Below, in pieces: positions 46,274-54,948 of a stretch of DNA of 64,000 bases (positions are counted from its first letter, which is position 1; each line of letters begins with the position of its first letter). Under the pieces are notes generated by a model. It worked only from the letters and a program-made list of their open reading frames with translations. It was not told the DNA's origin and searched no databases. The DNA comes from Bacillota bacterium (GTDB lineage: Bacteria; Bacillota; Clostridia; Christensenellales; SZUA-584), in assembly GCA_023391105.1 (NCBI GenBank), contig JAEWBO010000025.1, positions 92,335-156,334 on the forward strand, given 5' to 3'. A program made the translations under genes and the position numbers.

Positions 46274-46306
46274 CGCTTCAACACATTTTGTGTTGAGGCG
46301 TTTTCT
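46274..46306 (+). terminator. Strong rho-independent terminator closing the glycan locus
   Basis: cgcttcaacaca-ttt-tgtgttgaggcg gives a 12-bp stem (one G.U) and is followed by TTTTCT. Confidence 0.8.
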
Positions 46307-46308
46307 AT

Positions 46309-47031
46309 GGGCTTTAGCACATAAAGCCCCAGTTCTACTGGGGGAATAAAAAATCTTATAGAAGAAAAAAGACCTCCAATGCTAAGATGATGAAGGTTCG
46401 CCAACCGCATCAACAAAACAAAGGAGGTCTAATGTCATGAATGACATAAAAAATTTATCACATAGCAAATGGAGAAGCAAATACCATATAGTATTTGCAC
46501 CCAAATACAGAAGACAGGCCATATACGGAAAGATAAAAGTGGACGTAGGGCAGATACTCAGAAAGCTATGCGAACAAAAAGGTGTTGAGATAATAGAAGC
46601 ACAGGCTTGTCCAGATCACATCCATATGCTGGTGAGTATACCACCGAGCATAAGTGTTGCGCAGTTTGTGGGGTGCCTAAAGGGGAAAAGCTCACTGATG
46701 ATATTTGATAGACATGCAAATCTCAAGTATAAATATGGGAACAGACATTTCTGGTGTCGTGGTTATTACGTGGATACCGTAGGCCGGAACGCAAATGTAA
46801 TTGAGGAGTATATAAAGAATCAATTACAAGATGATATAGCGGCCGATCAAATCGTTTAAGGAGTATCGGGACCCGTTTACGGGTGACAAGAATACAAAGG
46901 CATAAAAAAGGCCGCTTAAGCGACGGCCTGTGAAAGTAATGCGATTGGCGAACCTTTCAATGCGTCTTAAGACGCTGTGGCTGTAATATGCCCTTATAGG
47001 GATAGTGCATACCACCAGTTTAACTGGTGGT
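46309..47031 (+). mobile_element. IS200-type insertion sequence (IS200/IS605 family, tnpA only); boundaries approximate
   Basis: Y1 transposase gene flanked by related subterminal hairpins: ccccag-ttcta-ctgggg (46327-46343) and accaccag-tttaa-ctggtggt (47011-47031). Total about 0.72 kb, as for IS200. Confidence 0.8.
46437..46859 (+). CDS. tnpA: IS200/IS605-family transposase TnpA (HUH / Y1)
   Basis: SHSKWRSKYHIVFAPKYRRQAIYG...EAQACPDHIHMLVSIPP (HUH = HIH)...GRNANVIEEYIKNQ with the catalytic Tyr region RGYYVDTVG. 140 aa. Confidence 0.92.
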   Translation: MNDIKNLSHSKWRSKYHIVFAPKYRRQAIYGKIKVDVGQILRKLCEQKGVEIIEAQACPDHIHMLVSIPPSISVAQFVGCLKGKSSLMIFDRHANLKYKYGNRHFWCRGYYVDTVGRNANVIEEYIKNQLQDDIAADQIV

Positions 47032-47157
47032 TTTGATTAATGGGGATATCTATTATAATCTCATATCTTAGCGTCACCGAAAAAACCTCTCCCACTCACA
47101 CTTTCCCCCTCCCGCTGAATATGATGAAGCGAGCAATATTGTTTAGGAGGGAAATGT

Positions 47158-48153
47158 ATGATAAAGCGGCTAATAACTGTGGTGCTTTGTTTGCTTATCG
47201 CGGTAGCGCTGTTTGGATGCGCCGAGCAGACCACACAGAAAATCACTCTAAACGAGGTGACGCATTCTGTGTTCTACGCGCCTCTTTATGCGGCGATGTC
47301 TCTGGGGTATTTTTCGGAAGAGGGGATAGAGCTCGAACTGGTGAACGGCGGCGGTGCGGATAAATCAATGACGGCAGTGCTGTCAAATCAGGCCGATATA
47401 GGGCTGATGGGACCTGAAGCGGCCATCTATGTGTTTAATGAAGGCAAAGAGGACAGCGCGATGGTTGTCGGACAGCTGACCAAACGTGACGGGTCATTTC
47501 TTATGGGGCGTGTGCCAGATGAGGACTTTAAATGGAGCGACCTTAAAGGTAAAACGGTCATCGGCGGTCGGGCAGGCGGCGTGCCTGAGATGACGCTTGA
47601 GTATGTACTTAGGAAGAATGGACTTGAGCCCGGAAAAGATGTTGAGGTGCTTACGAACATCCAGTTTAACCTCATGGGCGGCGCCTTCGAAGGCGGAACG
47701 GGTGACTACGTGACGCTGTTTGAACCCACGGCATCAACGTTTGAAAAGGAAGGCAAAGGCTATATTTTGGACGCTGTGGGCGCGGAGAGCGGCGAAGTGC
47801 CGTACACGGCGTTTATGGCAAAGAAGAGCTTTATCAGTGAAAACCCGGAGACGATTGAAAAGTTCTTAAGAGCCATTTACAAGGGCCAGCAGTTCGTGCA
47901 AAAGGCAACGGATGAAGAAGTCGCAAAAGCGATCGTTGAGTTCTTCCCGGATACCTCCGTTGAATCGCTGGTGATGGTAGCAAAATCGTACAGACAGATC
48001 GACGCGTGGATGGATACACCTGTCATGAAGGAAGAAGCGTTTAATCGCTTGCAGGAGATTATCATCCAGGCGGGTGTGCTGGAAGACAAAGTCGATTTTG
48101 ACAGCATCGTAGACATATCGTATGCACAAAAGGTTGTAGACGAATTGAATTAA
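47158..48153 (+). CDS. ABC transporter substrate-binding lipoprotein (NMT1/THI5-SsuA/TauA-like)
   Basis: Lipobox LLIAVALFGC, then VTHSVFYAPLYAAMSLGYFSEEGIELELV...GGADKSMTAVLSNQADIG, typical of the nitrate/sulfonate/bicarbonate (NMT1) SBP family. Confidence 0.85.
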   Translation: MIKRLITVVLCLLIAVALFGCAEQTTQKITLNEVTHSVFYAPLYAAMSLGYFSEEGIELELVNGGGADKSMTAVLSNQADIGLMGPEAAIYVFNEGKEDSAMVVGQLTKRDGSFLMGRVPDEDFKWSDLKGKTVIGGRAGGVPEMTLEYVLRKNGLEPGKDVEVLTNIQFNLMGGAFEGGTGDYVTLFEPTASTFEKEGKGYILDAVGAESGEVPYTAFMAKKSFISENPETIEKFLRAIYKGQQFVQKATDEEVAKAIVEFFPDTSVESLVMVAKSYRQIDAWMDTPVMKEEAFNRLQEIIIQAGVLEDKVDFDSIVDISYAQKVVDELN

Positions 48154-48165
48154 GCGTACATGTAG

Positions 48166-48192
48166 AGAGCCTCGGTATCGGGGCTCTTTTTT
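48166..48192 (+). terminator. Rho-independent terminator after the SBP gene
   Basis: agagcctc-ggtatc-ggggctct 8-bp stem followed by TTTTT. Confidence 0.8.
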
Positions 48193-48378
48193 ATGTTATT
48201 TCATATGCGCTTTAAGATAACTGAACCGAAAAAGACAGTTTCAAATATACTGTTATTATACCGAAACAGGGAAGGCGACGATGCCAGTCAAAATGACAAT
48301 ATCTCGTTCGGTTTTATTCGTATTGGGGTTCCCGCTGAGGTTTGCCTCGGTGGATGAGCCATAAAAGGGGAGATCTGC

Positions 48379-49149
48379 TTGAAGGAACTCGTAAGGGTAG
48401 AACATATTTATAAGAAATATCACACCGTCAAGGGTGAGACGGATGTCGTCAGGGATCTGTCTTTGTCTGTATATGAAGGCGAATTCCTTAGTATTATCGG
48501 GCCGAGCGGCTGCGGCAAGACCACGGTGCTGTCGCTTATTGCGGGGCTGATCGAGACGTCCGGCGGCAGAATACTGCTCGATCAGCAGGAGGTCAAGGGA
48601 TACAGCGAGTCGGTGGCTTATATGCTGCAAAGAGACCACCTGTTCGAATGGCGCACGATAGAGGAAAACATCATGCTTGGATTGCAGGTAAGAAGAAAAT
48701 GTACCAAGGAAAGACGGCAAAAGGCGCTGGGGCTTTTGGAGAAGTACGGTCTTGGAGATTTCGCCAAATACTATCCTCATCAGCTTTCGGGCGGCATGCG
48801 CCAAAAAGTCGCGCTGATTCGCACGCTGGCGGTAGACCCGGAGCTGCTGCTGTTGGATGAGCCGTTTTCATCGCTGGACTATCAGACACGGCTCGCGCTG
48901 TCAGATGAGATCGCACAGATTATTCGTACGGAGAACAAAACGGCACTGCTGGTTACGCATGATATCGCGGAGGCGATTTCCATGTCGGACAGAGTGCTGG
49001 TGCTTTCACCAAGGCCAACAGCCGTAAAGACTCAGGTGAAAATTGAATTCGATGACATGAGCGCTTCTCCCATATACAAAAGGCAGGATGCAAAATTCAG
49101 AACGTATTTTGATTTTCTGTGGAAGGAGCTGGCTGTCCATGTCGAATAA
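48379..49149 (+). CDS. ABC transporter ATP-binding protein (SsuB/TauB-like)
   Basis: Walker A GPSGCGKTT, signature LSGGMRQKVAL, Walker B LLLLDEPFSSLD. TTG start at 48379 with RBS aaaaggggag. Confidence 0.9.
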   Translation: MKELVRVEHIYKKYHTVKGETDVVRDLSLSVYEGEFLSIIGPSGCGKTTVLSLIAGLIETSGGRILLDQQEVKGYSESVAYMLQRDHLFEWRTIEENIMLGLQVRRKCTKERRQKALGLLEKYGLGDFAKYYPHQLSGGMRQKVALIRTLAVDPELLLLDEPFSSLDYQTRLALSDEIAQIIRTENKTALLVTHDIAEAISMSDRVLVLSPRPTAVKTQVKIEFDDMSASPIYKRQDAKFRTYFDFLWKELAVHVE

Positions 49150-49948
49150 CGATAAACTGATTGACTCAAACGAGCATGAAATGTATTTAAAGGCAATTAG
49201 GAGTAAAAGCCGCAAAGTCGTCATCATACGGATTGGTCTGCTCGTGGCACTGCTGGGCATGTGGGAGCTCTCGGCCGCGCTGCGCTGGATCGATCCGTTC
49301 ATCATGAGCTCGCCGTCGCGTATTGTCAGCACCATTGTGTCGCTTTACGACTCGGGGGAGCTGTTTATGCATATCGGTGTCACACTCTGGGAGACAATTG
49401 CGGGCTTCACTCTTGGCACTGTGATTGGTATCGGAGCCGCGATAGGGCTTTGGTGGTCACCGCTCGTCGCAAAAACGCTGGATCCTTATCTGGTGGTGCT
49501 AAACAGCCTGCCAAAAATTGCGCTGGGTCCTGTGATCATCATATGGGTGGGTGCGGGAGAAGGCGCGATTATCACGATGGCGCTGCTGATATCCGTGGTT
49601 GTGACGATCATGAGCATGCTCAACGGCTTTCTTGAGATCAGCGATGAGAAGATCATGCTGATGCGCACATTCGGAGCCACGCGGCTGCAAATGCTAAGGA
49701 TGGTTGTTTTGCCTGCCAGCGTGCCCACAATGATATCTACGCTGAAGATCAACGTGGGCATGACTTGGGTCGGCGTGATTGTGGGCGAATACCTTGTATC
49801 CAAAGCGGGGCTTGGCTATTTGATCGTGTACGGGGGCCAGGTATTCAAGCTCGACCTTGTGATGGCAAGCATATTGATACTGGCCGTGGTGGCAGCGCTC
49901 ATGTATCTGGCAGTGTCGTATGCGGAGAAAAGGTACGCCCGCAAATAA
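49139..49948 (+). CDS. ABC transporter permease (BPD_transp_1; SsuC/TauC-like)
   Basis: 6 TM segments. EAA-like loop MLMRTFGATRLQMLRMVVLPASVPTMISTLKIN. ATG at 49139 with RBS ggaaggag and an 11-nt overlap with the ATPase gene. Confidence 0.9.
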   Translation: MSNNDKLIDSNEHEMYLKAIRSKSRKVVIIRIGLLVALLGMWELSAALRWIDPFIMSSPSRIVSTIVSLYDSGELFMHIGVTLWETIAGFTLGTVIGIGAAIGLWWSPLVAKTLDPYLVVLNSLPKIALGPVIIIWVGAGEGAIITMALLISVVVTIMSMLNGFLEISDEKIMLMRTFGATRLQMLRMVVLPASVPTMISTLKINVGMTWVGVIVGEYLVSKAGLGYLIVYGGQVFKLDLVMASILILAVVAALMYLAVSYAEKRYARK

Positions 49949-50040
49949 TACGGGCGCTTTAAACCTGTTCAAAAAAAATTTTTGGGCATATAAACAGGGC
50001 AGCCAATCGGCTGCCCTCAGTCTTTCGATAAACCCTGTTT

Positions 50041-50155
50041 TGTCATTCCGAGCCTGTCGACTACGGTAGTGGACTGGAATCCCATGAAAAGTGCTTTGTA
50101 GAAGGGGGTTCCAATCCACTTCGTAGTCAATCGCTTACGCTCAATTGGAATGGCA
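50041..50155. repeat. 115-nt imperfect palindrome (long hairpin) in the convergent intergenic region
   Basis: Inner arms gactacggtagtggactggaa (50059-50079) and ttccaatccacttcgtagtc (50109-50128). Outer arms tgtcattcc (50041-50049) and ggaatggca (50147-50155). Confidence 0.6.
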
Positions 50156-50222
50156 TAAGTAGCTTTTTTGACAACGCAGGGCAGCCAACCAGCGGCCCTG
50201 CGTTGTCCGTTGCTACTAATTG

Positions 50223-51989
50223 CTATTTATACATGGGGCCAAGTGCCGCACAGGCACGGAAATCGGCTCCTTCGAGATTATTGGTTCCAAACGCGCTCCA
50301 TGTGGAGGGACGGAATATGCTGTTTTCATCCACATTGTGCATGCTGACGGGGATGCGCAGCATTGACGCGAATGTGATCAGATCCTGCCCGATGTGGCCA
50401 TAGCAGAACGCGCTGTGGTTTGCGCCCCAGTTTGCCATGACGCTATACACGTCCGTGAAAGCGCCTTTACCCGTTAGTCTTGGAGCAAACCATGTGGTTG
50501 GCCAGGTTTTATCGGTTCTCTCATCGAGAGTCTTATGGACGTCAGTATCGAGCTCGCAAGTCCAGCCTTCGGCAAATTGAAGCACCGGGCCAAGTCCTTT
50601 GATGAGATTCAGCCTGGCCATTGTGACTGGCATCCCGCCGCGTGTGCCGCTGGTGAAGTGACTAGAGAAGCCGCCGCCGCGGAAATAGAACTGATCTGCC
50701 GGGCACCAATCTGTTTTATCAAGGCAAGCCTTTGCATCCGCTTCCGTCATCTCATAGAATGGCTTGATTACCGGGCTGCCATTATTATCAGACATGGCTC
50801 CAGTACCTTCCAGAGAGGCTGCACCAGAGTTAATCAGGTGGATAATGCCGTTCTTCGCATAGCCATCAAGCTCTTTACCGGTCACTCGTCTTACGGCTTC
50901 AGGGCTCCAGTATGTGCGAACATCCGCGAATATGCCGGGTCTGCCCGAAAGCAGGTGTTCAAAAAGCATCGAAAAACCGTTGAGGACATCATTTTCCGTG
51001 GCGAGCACGTAGGCTTCCCTGATCCCGTTCCAATCGAACTGTGAGCAAAGAATGGCTTCCGCAAAGTCGAAGTTGGGTTTGTAGTCTGTCCACTGGCGCT
51101 GACCCTGAACGCCGCCTAAGATGGCGTTATGGCCACCGCTCTCCTCCACAAAGCCAAGCTCTGCGAGACGCGGGTTGCCGACCATAAGATCGCGAATGAT
51201 CATCATGGCTTTGACGACAAACTCCCACTGCGCATCCTTGGCTTCTCTGGAGAACGCGATATCGGCGGGGTTCTTATCAATACCTTCTTTGCAGTTATCT
51301 TTTGTCCACACCATTGCTTTCTCAAATTCTTCATGGTCGTATATGCCAAGGTCGATTCTGCGCAGAATCTCGGTTTCATCGACGGATTCGCTTCTCATGC
51401 CGAAATATTCCTGAATCATATCCTGATCGATGATGGAACCGCCGATGCCCATGCACATGGAACCAATCTGCAAATAGCTTTTGGTACGCATCAGCTTTGC
51501 TGCAATGCCGCATCTAGCAAAACGCAGTATCTTTTCCTTCACATCTACAGGAATTGTCTGGTCATTCGCATCCTGCACATCGTGGCCGTAGATGCCAAAC
51601 GCAGGAAGCCCCTTTTGTGAATGTGCCGCAAGAACCGCGGCAAGGAACACCGCGCCGGGGCGCTCCGTTCCGTTGAAGCCCCAAACAGCTTTGACCGTCA
51701 TGGGGTCTTGATCCATCACTTCTGTGGAATAACACCAACAGGGGGAAACAGTGAGTGTGACACCGACGCCCTCTCGTTCAAACTTTTCCTGGCACATGGC
51801 GGCTTCTTTGACACCGCCGATGGTTGTATCGGCGATAACCACTTCAACAGGTTCGCCGTTTGGATATTTTAAATTTTCTGTAATGAGCTTGGCGGCCGAC
51901 CGTGCCATACCCATTGTCTGATCTTCCAGCCCTTCGCGGACACCATTTCGTCTGCCGTCGATACACGGCCTTATGCCTAATTTCACCAT
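50223..51989 (-). CDS. fucI: L-fucose isomerase
   Basis: Colinear with E. coli FucI as remembered: [25 protein letters not shown]...[37 protein letters not shown]...[12 protein letters not shown]...[10 protein letters not shown]...[33 protein letters not shown] at 51989 (MVKLGIRP) with RBS aaaggaaagg. The track's 619-aa version adds an unconserved leader. Confidence 0.95.
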   Translation of the reverse strand: MVKLGIRPCIDGRRNGVREGLEDQTMGMARSAAKLITENLKYPNGEPVEVVIADTTIGGVKEAAMCQEKFEREGVGVTLTVSPCWCYSTEVMDQDPMTVKAVWGFNGTERPGAVFLAAVLAAHSQKGLPAFGIYGHDVQDANDQTIPVDVKEKILRFARCGIAAKLMRTKSYLQIGSMCMGIGGSIIDQDMIQEYFGMRSESVDETEILRRIDLGIYDHEEFEKAMVWTKDNCKEGIDKNPADIAFSREAKDAQWEFVVKAMMIIRDLMVGNPRLAELGFVEESGGHNAILGGVQGQRQWTDYKPNFDFAEAILCSQFDWNGIREAYVLATENDVLNGFSMLFEHLLSGRPGIFADVRTYWSPEAVRRVTGKELDGYAKNGIIHLINSGAASLEGTGAMSDNNGSPVIKPFYEMTEADAKACLDKTDWCPADQFYFRGGGFSSHFTSGTRGGMPVTMARLNLIKGLGPVLQFAEGWTCELDTDVHKTLDERTDKTWPTTWFAPRLTGKGAFTDVYSVMANWGANHSAFCYGHIGQDLITFASMLRIPVSMHNVDENSIFRPSTWSAFGTNNLEGADFRACAALGPMYK

Positions 51990-52038
51990 AATATATCGCC
52001 TTTCCTTTATAGATTTTATGTAAACGGGACCCATCCGT

Positions 52039-53052
52039 TTATTGCTTTTTCGGTGCGCCGACCGAGTCGCGCATAACCGCATGTGTGCGCAGTACGGTTA
52101 TTTTAACGGGGTGATCTGAAGTTGCACTCATGCGTTCTAAGAGCGCTTGAGACGCATATTTGCCAATATCGCCAATTGGCTGGGCAATCACACTTAAGTG
52201 CGGCTTGATGACCTTGGCATACGGCATATCATCAAAGCCGAAAACCGACAACTCTTCGGGGACAGATACACCATACTCATTTATCGCCATCATAGAGCCC
52301 ATTGTGATATCGTAGTTGGTTGCAAACAATGCCGTCATCCCCGGATTATTTGACAGCAGCCTCTTGCATGCACGGTAACCGCTTTCAATCGTGTACTCGC
52401 TGTGCTCAATGAGCGATTCTTTGGCTTCTATGCCGTTCTTTTTCAGTGTTGCCAGATAGCCGGATAATCGATCCATTGCGGTGGAAACATCTTTGGGCCC
52501 CGCGATAATTCCGATGCTCTTATGCCCATTCTGGATCAGATGAGATGTGGCATCCTGCGCAGCCCGCATGTTGTCAACCAGCACGGCATCCACCTGTCCA
52601 ATGCAATCGGATACGATTCTGTCCAGCAGCACGATGGGAATGCCGGCGTCTATTGCGGCATAGAGATGGGAACCGTCAGCCCCGACGGGCATGTTAATAA
52701 GCCCGTCAACCCTCTTCGACATAAGGAAACGCACCAGCTCCGATTCGCGGATATGGTCCGAGCGCGAGTCGCAAATAATGGTCGAGTATCCGTTTTTGCG
52801 AAGCTCGTCAACAATAATAGGAATCGTATGTGCCACATAAACATTCCCGATGTCGGGTATGATGATGCCAACTGAGTTAGACTTGTTGGTTTTCAGCCCG
52901 CGAGCAAATTCGTTCACAGTGAAGTTGAGCTCTTTTATCGCGGCATCAATCTTTTCGCGGTTTTCGGGTAAAACGTTTCCGCCGTTTAGATATTTGGATA
53001 TGGTTGCGTAAGCAAGACCTGTGTATTTGGCAACGTCTTTTATGGTTGACAT
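52039..53052 (-). CDS. LacI-family transcriptional regulator
   Basis: N-terminal [27 protein letters not shown]...[19 protein letters not shown] followed by a periplasmic-binding-protein-like sugar-binding core. Confidence 0.9.
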   Translation of the reverse strand: MSTIKDVAKYTGLAYATISKYLNGGNVLPENREKIDAAIKELNFTVNEFARGLKTNKSNSVGIIIPDIGNVYVAHTIPIIVDELRKNGYSTIICDSRSDHIRESELVRFLMSKRVDGLINMPVGADGSHLYAAIDAGIPIVLLDRIVSDCIGQVDAVLVDNMRAAQDATSHLIQNGHKSIGIIAGPKDVSTAMDRLSGYLATLKKNGIEAKESLIEHSEYTIESGYRACKRLLSNNPGMTALFATNYDITMGSMMAINEYGVSVPEELSVFGFDDMPYAKVIKPHLSVIAQPIGDIGKYASQALLERMSATSDHPVKITVLRTHAVMRDSVGAPKKQ

Positions 53053-53087
53053 AAAAAAGCATCCTTCTAAGTTATAAAAATGTTAGC

Positions 53088-53101
53088 GCAAAACGTTTCG
53101 C
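53088..53101. promoter_or_regulatory. Candidate LacI-family operator (palindrome) just upstream of the regulator gene
   Basis: gcaAAACGTTTcgc is a 14-nt palindrome with one mismatched pair and a central CG, as in LacI/CcpA-type operators. It lies 36 nt from the lacI-family start codon. Confidence 0.45.
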
Positions 53102-53252
53102 TCAATATGATATTATTCTCTATGTGTTTTGGTGTCAAGAGTAAAATTAGAAACGACGTTTTTTCCAGCAATAAGCCGCATGGAATAACAGACTAATGAT
53201 AAGTAAATACACTTAAATGTAATAAACGACAGTGATAATTTCTATTAAATTG

Positions 53253-53281
53253 TTGACACAGATTTGAAGCTATGTTAGAGT
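53253..53281 (+). promoter_or_regulatory. Sigma-A promoter of the kinase-SDR-PHP operon
   Basis: TTGACA (53253-53258), 17-nt spacer ending in TGT (extended -10), TAGAGT (53276-53281). Confidence 0.5.
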
Positions 53282-53291
53282 TCAGAAAAAG

Positions 53292-53303
53292 GCGAAACGT
53301 TGC
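53292..53303. promoter_or_regulatory. Second candidate operator half-palindrome overlapping the transcription start region
   Basis: gcgAAACGTTgc shares the AAACGTT core with 53088-53101. It starts 11 nt downstream of the -10 element. Confidence 0.35.
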
Positions 53304-53442
53304 ATGATATACGTGTCGTACAATGGTTTTCATACAATATCAGACGACAGGACACAATGAATGGCGTAACGAATGAGATAGGACAGATATTGTGTTTGCA
53401 TTGTTTAAAGCTACAGTTTTTTGAACAAAAGAGGAATATCAT

Positions 53443-54927
53443 ATGAAAGAATATTTGGCGGTTGACCTTGGCGCAAGTAACGGGCGCACAATACTCGGCC
53501 GATTCGACGGCAGCAAAATGGTGCTGGAGGAGTTGACCCGTTTCGAGAACAACTTTGTTCAGGTGGGCAGCAGGTATTATTGGAATGTGCTTCATCTTTA
53601 CTCCTGCATCAAAGACGGACTGCGGCAGTTCGCCAAAACGAGCAACGGAGAGCTTAAGGGAATCGGCATTGATACATGGGGTGTGGATTTTGGCTTGCTG
53701 GACAAGCAGGGTAAGCTGATCGGCAATCCGCGCGCATACCGCGACCCAAGAGGCACAAGAGGCAGAAAGTCTTTCACCGCGAAGTATGGCTCAAGGTGCG
53801 CCTTTGACTTGACGGGTATTTCCAATATGGACTTCAACACGCTGTATCAGCTATATGACATGGTGCAAAGCGGTGACCCGCAGTTAGAGATTGCATCGCG
53901 TTTGCTGACAATGCCGGATCTGCTTGGCTATATGCTCTGCGGCGTGGATACCACGGAATACACGCATGCCAGCACAACACAAATGCTTGATCCAAAGACA
54001 GGGAAATGGTCGCAAGACATTATCGAAAAATGCGGCGTTAATCCTTCAATTTTTGCGCAAATACAATCGTGCGGCGAGGTCAAGGGACTTTTGCTGCCGG
54101 AGATTGTCAGCGACACCGGCCTGAAAGAAGCACCGTCAATTTTTTGTGTGGGCTCGCATGATACGGCTTCGGCTGTGGCATCTGTGCCTGCGGTGAATGA
54201 CAGCTTCGCGTTTATTTCGAGCGGTACATGGTCGCTTCTTGGAATAGTCTCAAAAAACGCAATTATCAATGATTTTGTTTACGAACAGGGTTTCTCCAAC
54301 GAGGGTACAGTGGACGGCGGATTTCGTCCGCTCAAGAACATCATGGGCCTTTGGATCATACAAAGCTGCAAACGGCAATGGGACAGGGAAGAAAAGCTCA
54401 GCTGGCGCGAACTCGATGTGCTTGTGGAGCTGGCGCCTGCTCATTGTTCGGTAATAGATGTCAACGCGCACCTTTTCTACGATGGGGACAATATGCTGAG
54501 CAAGATACAAAAGTTTTGCGAAGCCACGGGACAGACCGTACCGCAGACCAAGGGCGAGATTGCGCGCACGGTATATGAGAGCCTTGCTTTATGCTATCGT
54601 GAGGCGTTTGAGGGGCTTGAGCAGCTCAAAGGCAGCGAAATTGATGTGTTGCATATCGTGGGCGGCGGCGCAAGAAACCTGATGCTAAACCAGATCACAG
54701 CTAACGCGATCAACCGTCCGGTCGTCGCGGGGCCATATGAAGCCACAGCTATCGGCAATCTCATGATGCAGGTGAAGGCGTCGGGCGAGGTTAAGGATAC
54801 CGCCGAGATACGTGATGTGATTCGCGGCTCATTTGATGTAGAAGTCTATGAGCCCCAAAACACAGCGGTGTGGGATGATCATTATGAAAAGTATTTAAAA
54901 ATCAAAAAATTATATGAACAAAGTTAG
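53443..54927 (+). CDS. FGGY-family ketohexose kinase, rhamnulokinase (RhaB)-like
   Basis: AVDLGASNGRTILGRF...GIGIDTWGVDFGLLDKQGKLIGNPRAYRD...FNTLYQL...GSHDTASAV...FISSGTWSLLGI...LKNIMGLWIIQ...LHIVGGGARNLMLNQ...AGPYEATAIGN tracks E. coli RhaB, not FucK. Confidence 0.85.
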   Translation: MKEYLAVDLGASNGRTILGRFDGSKMVLEELTRFENNFVQVGSRYYWNVLHLYSCIKDGLRQFAKTSNGELKGIGIDTWGVDFGLLDKQGKLIGNPRAYRDPRGTRGRKSFTAKYGSRCAFDLTGISNMDFNTLYQLYDMVQSGDPQLEIASRLLTMPDLLGYMLCGVDTTEYTHASTTQMLDPKTGKWSQDIIEKCGVNPSIFAQIQSCGEVKGLLLPEIVSDTGLKEAPSIFCVGSHDTASAVASVPAVNDSFAFISSGTWSLLGIVSKNAIINDFVYEQGFSNEGTVDGGFRPLKNIMGLWIIQSCKRQWDREEKLSWRELDVLVELAPAHCSVIDVNAHLFYDGDNMLSKIQKFCEATGQTVPQTKGEIARTVYESLALCYREAFEGLEQLKGSEIDVLHIVGGGARNLMLNQITANAINRPVVAGPYEATAIGNLMMQVKASGEVKDTAEIRDVIRGSFDVEVYEPQNTAVWDDHYEKYLKIKKLYEQS

Positions 54928-54948
54928 CAATAGTATGGAGGCACAAGT

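Noticed and set aside
48290-48378. Possible TPP (THI-box) riboswitch upstream of the ABC ATPase, given the NMT1/THI5-like SBP
   Set aside because: Only a weak ggggt..gctgagg resemblance was found. The conserved CTGAGA and ACCTGATCTGGATAATGCCAGCG-type elements are absent here and upstream of the SBP gene (47032-47157).
48256-48804. 182-aa minus-strand ORF
   Set aside because: It is antisense to the ABC ATPase gene, whose Walker A, signature and Walker B motifs are unambiguous.
50059-50128. tRNA-like features: a 7-bp gactacg/cgtagtc acceptor-like pairing and GGTTCCAATCC resembling a T-loop
   Set aside because: The 56 nt between the arms fold as one long hairpin rather than a cloverleaf. No D-arm or anticodon arm can be drawn, the T-stem does not pair, and there is no CCA or discriminator context. 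It is treated as part of the palindrome.
50535-51872. Several plus-strand ORFs of 83-169 aa inside fucI
   Set aside because: They are antisense shadows of a gene that is colinear with E. coli FucI over its full length.
51990-52082. 31-codon leader on the fucI ORF in the track ([12 protein letters not shown]...)
   Set aside because: It overlaps the 3' end of the LacI-family gene and is not part of FucI as known from E. coli. MVKLGIRP at 51989 has a good RBS.
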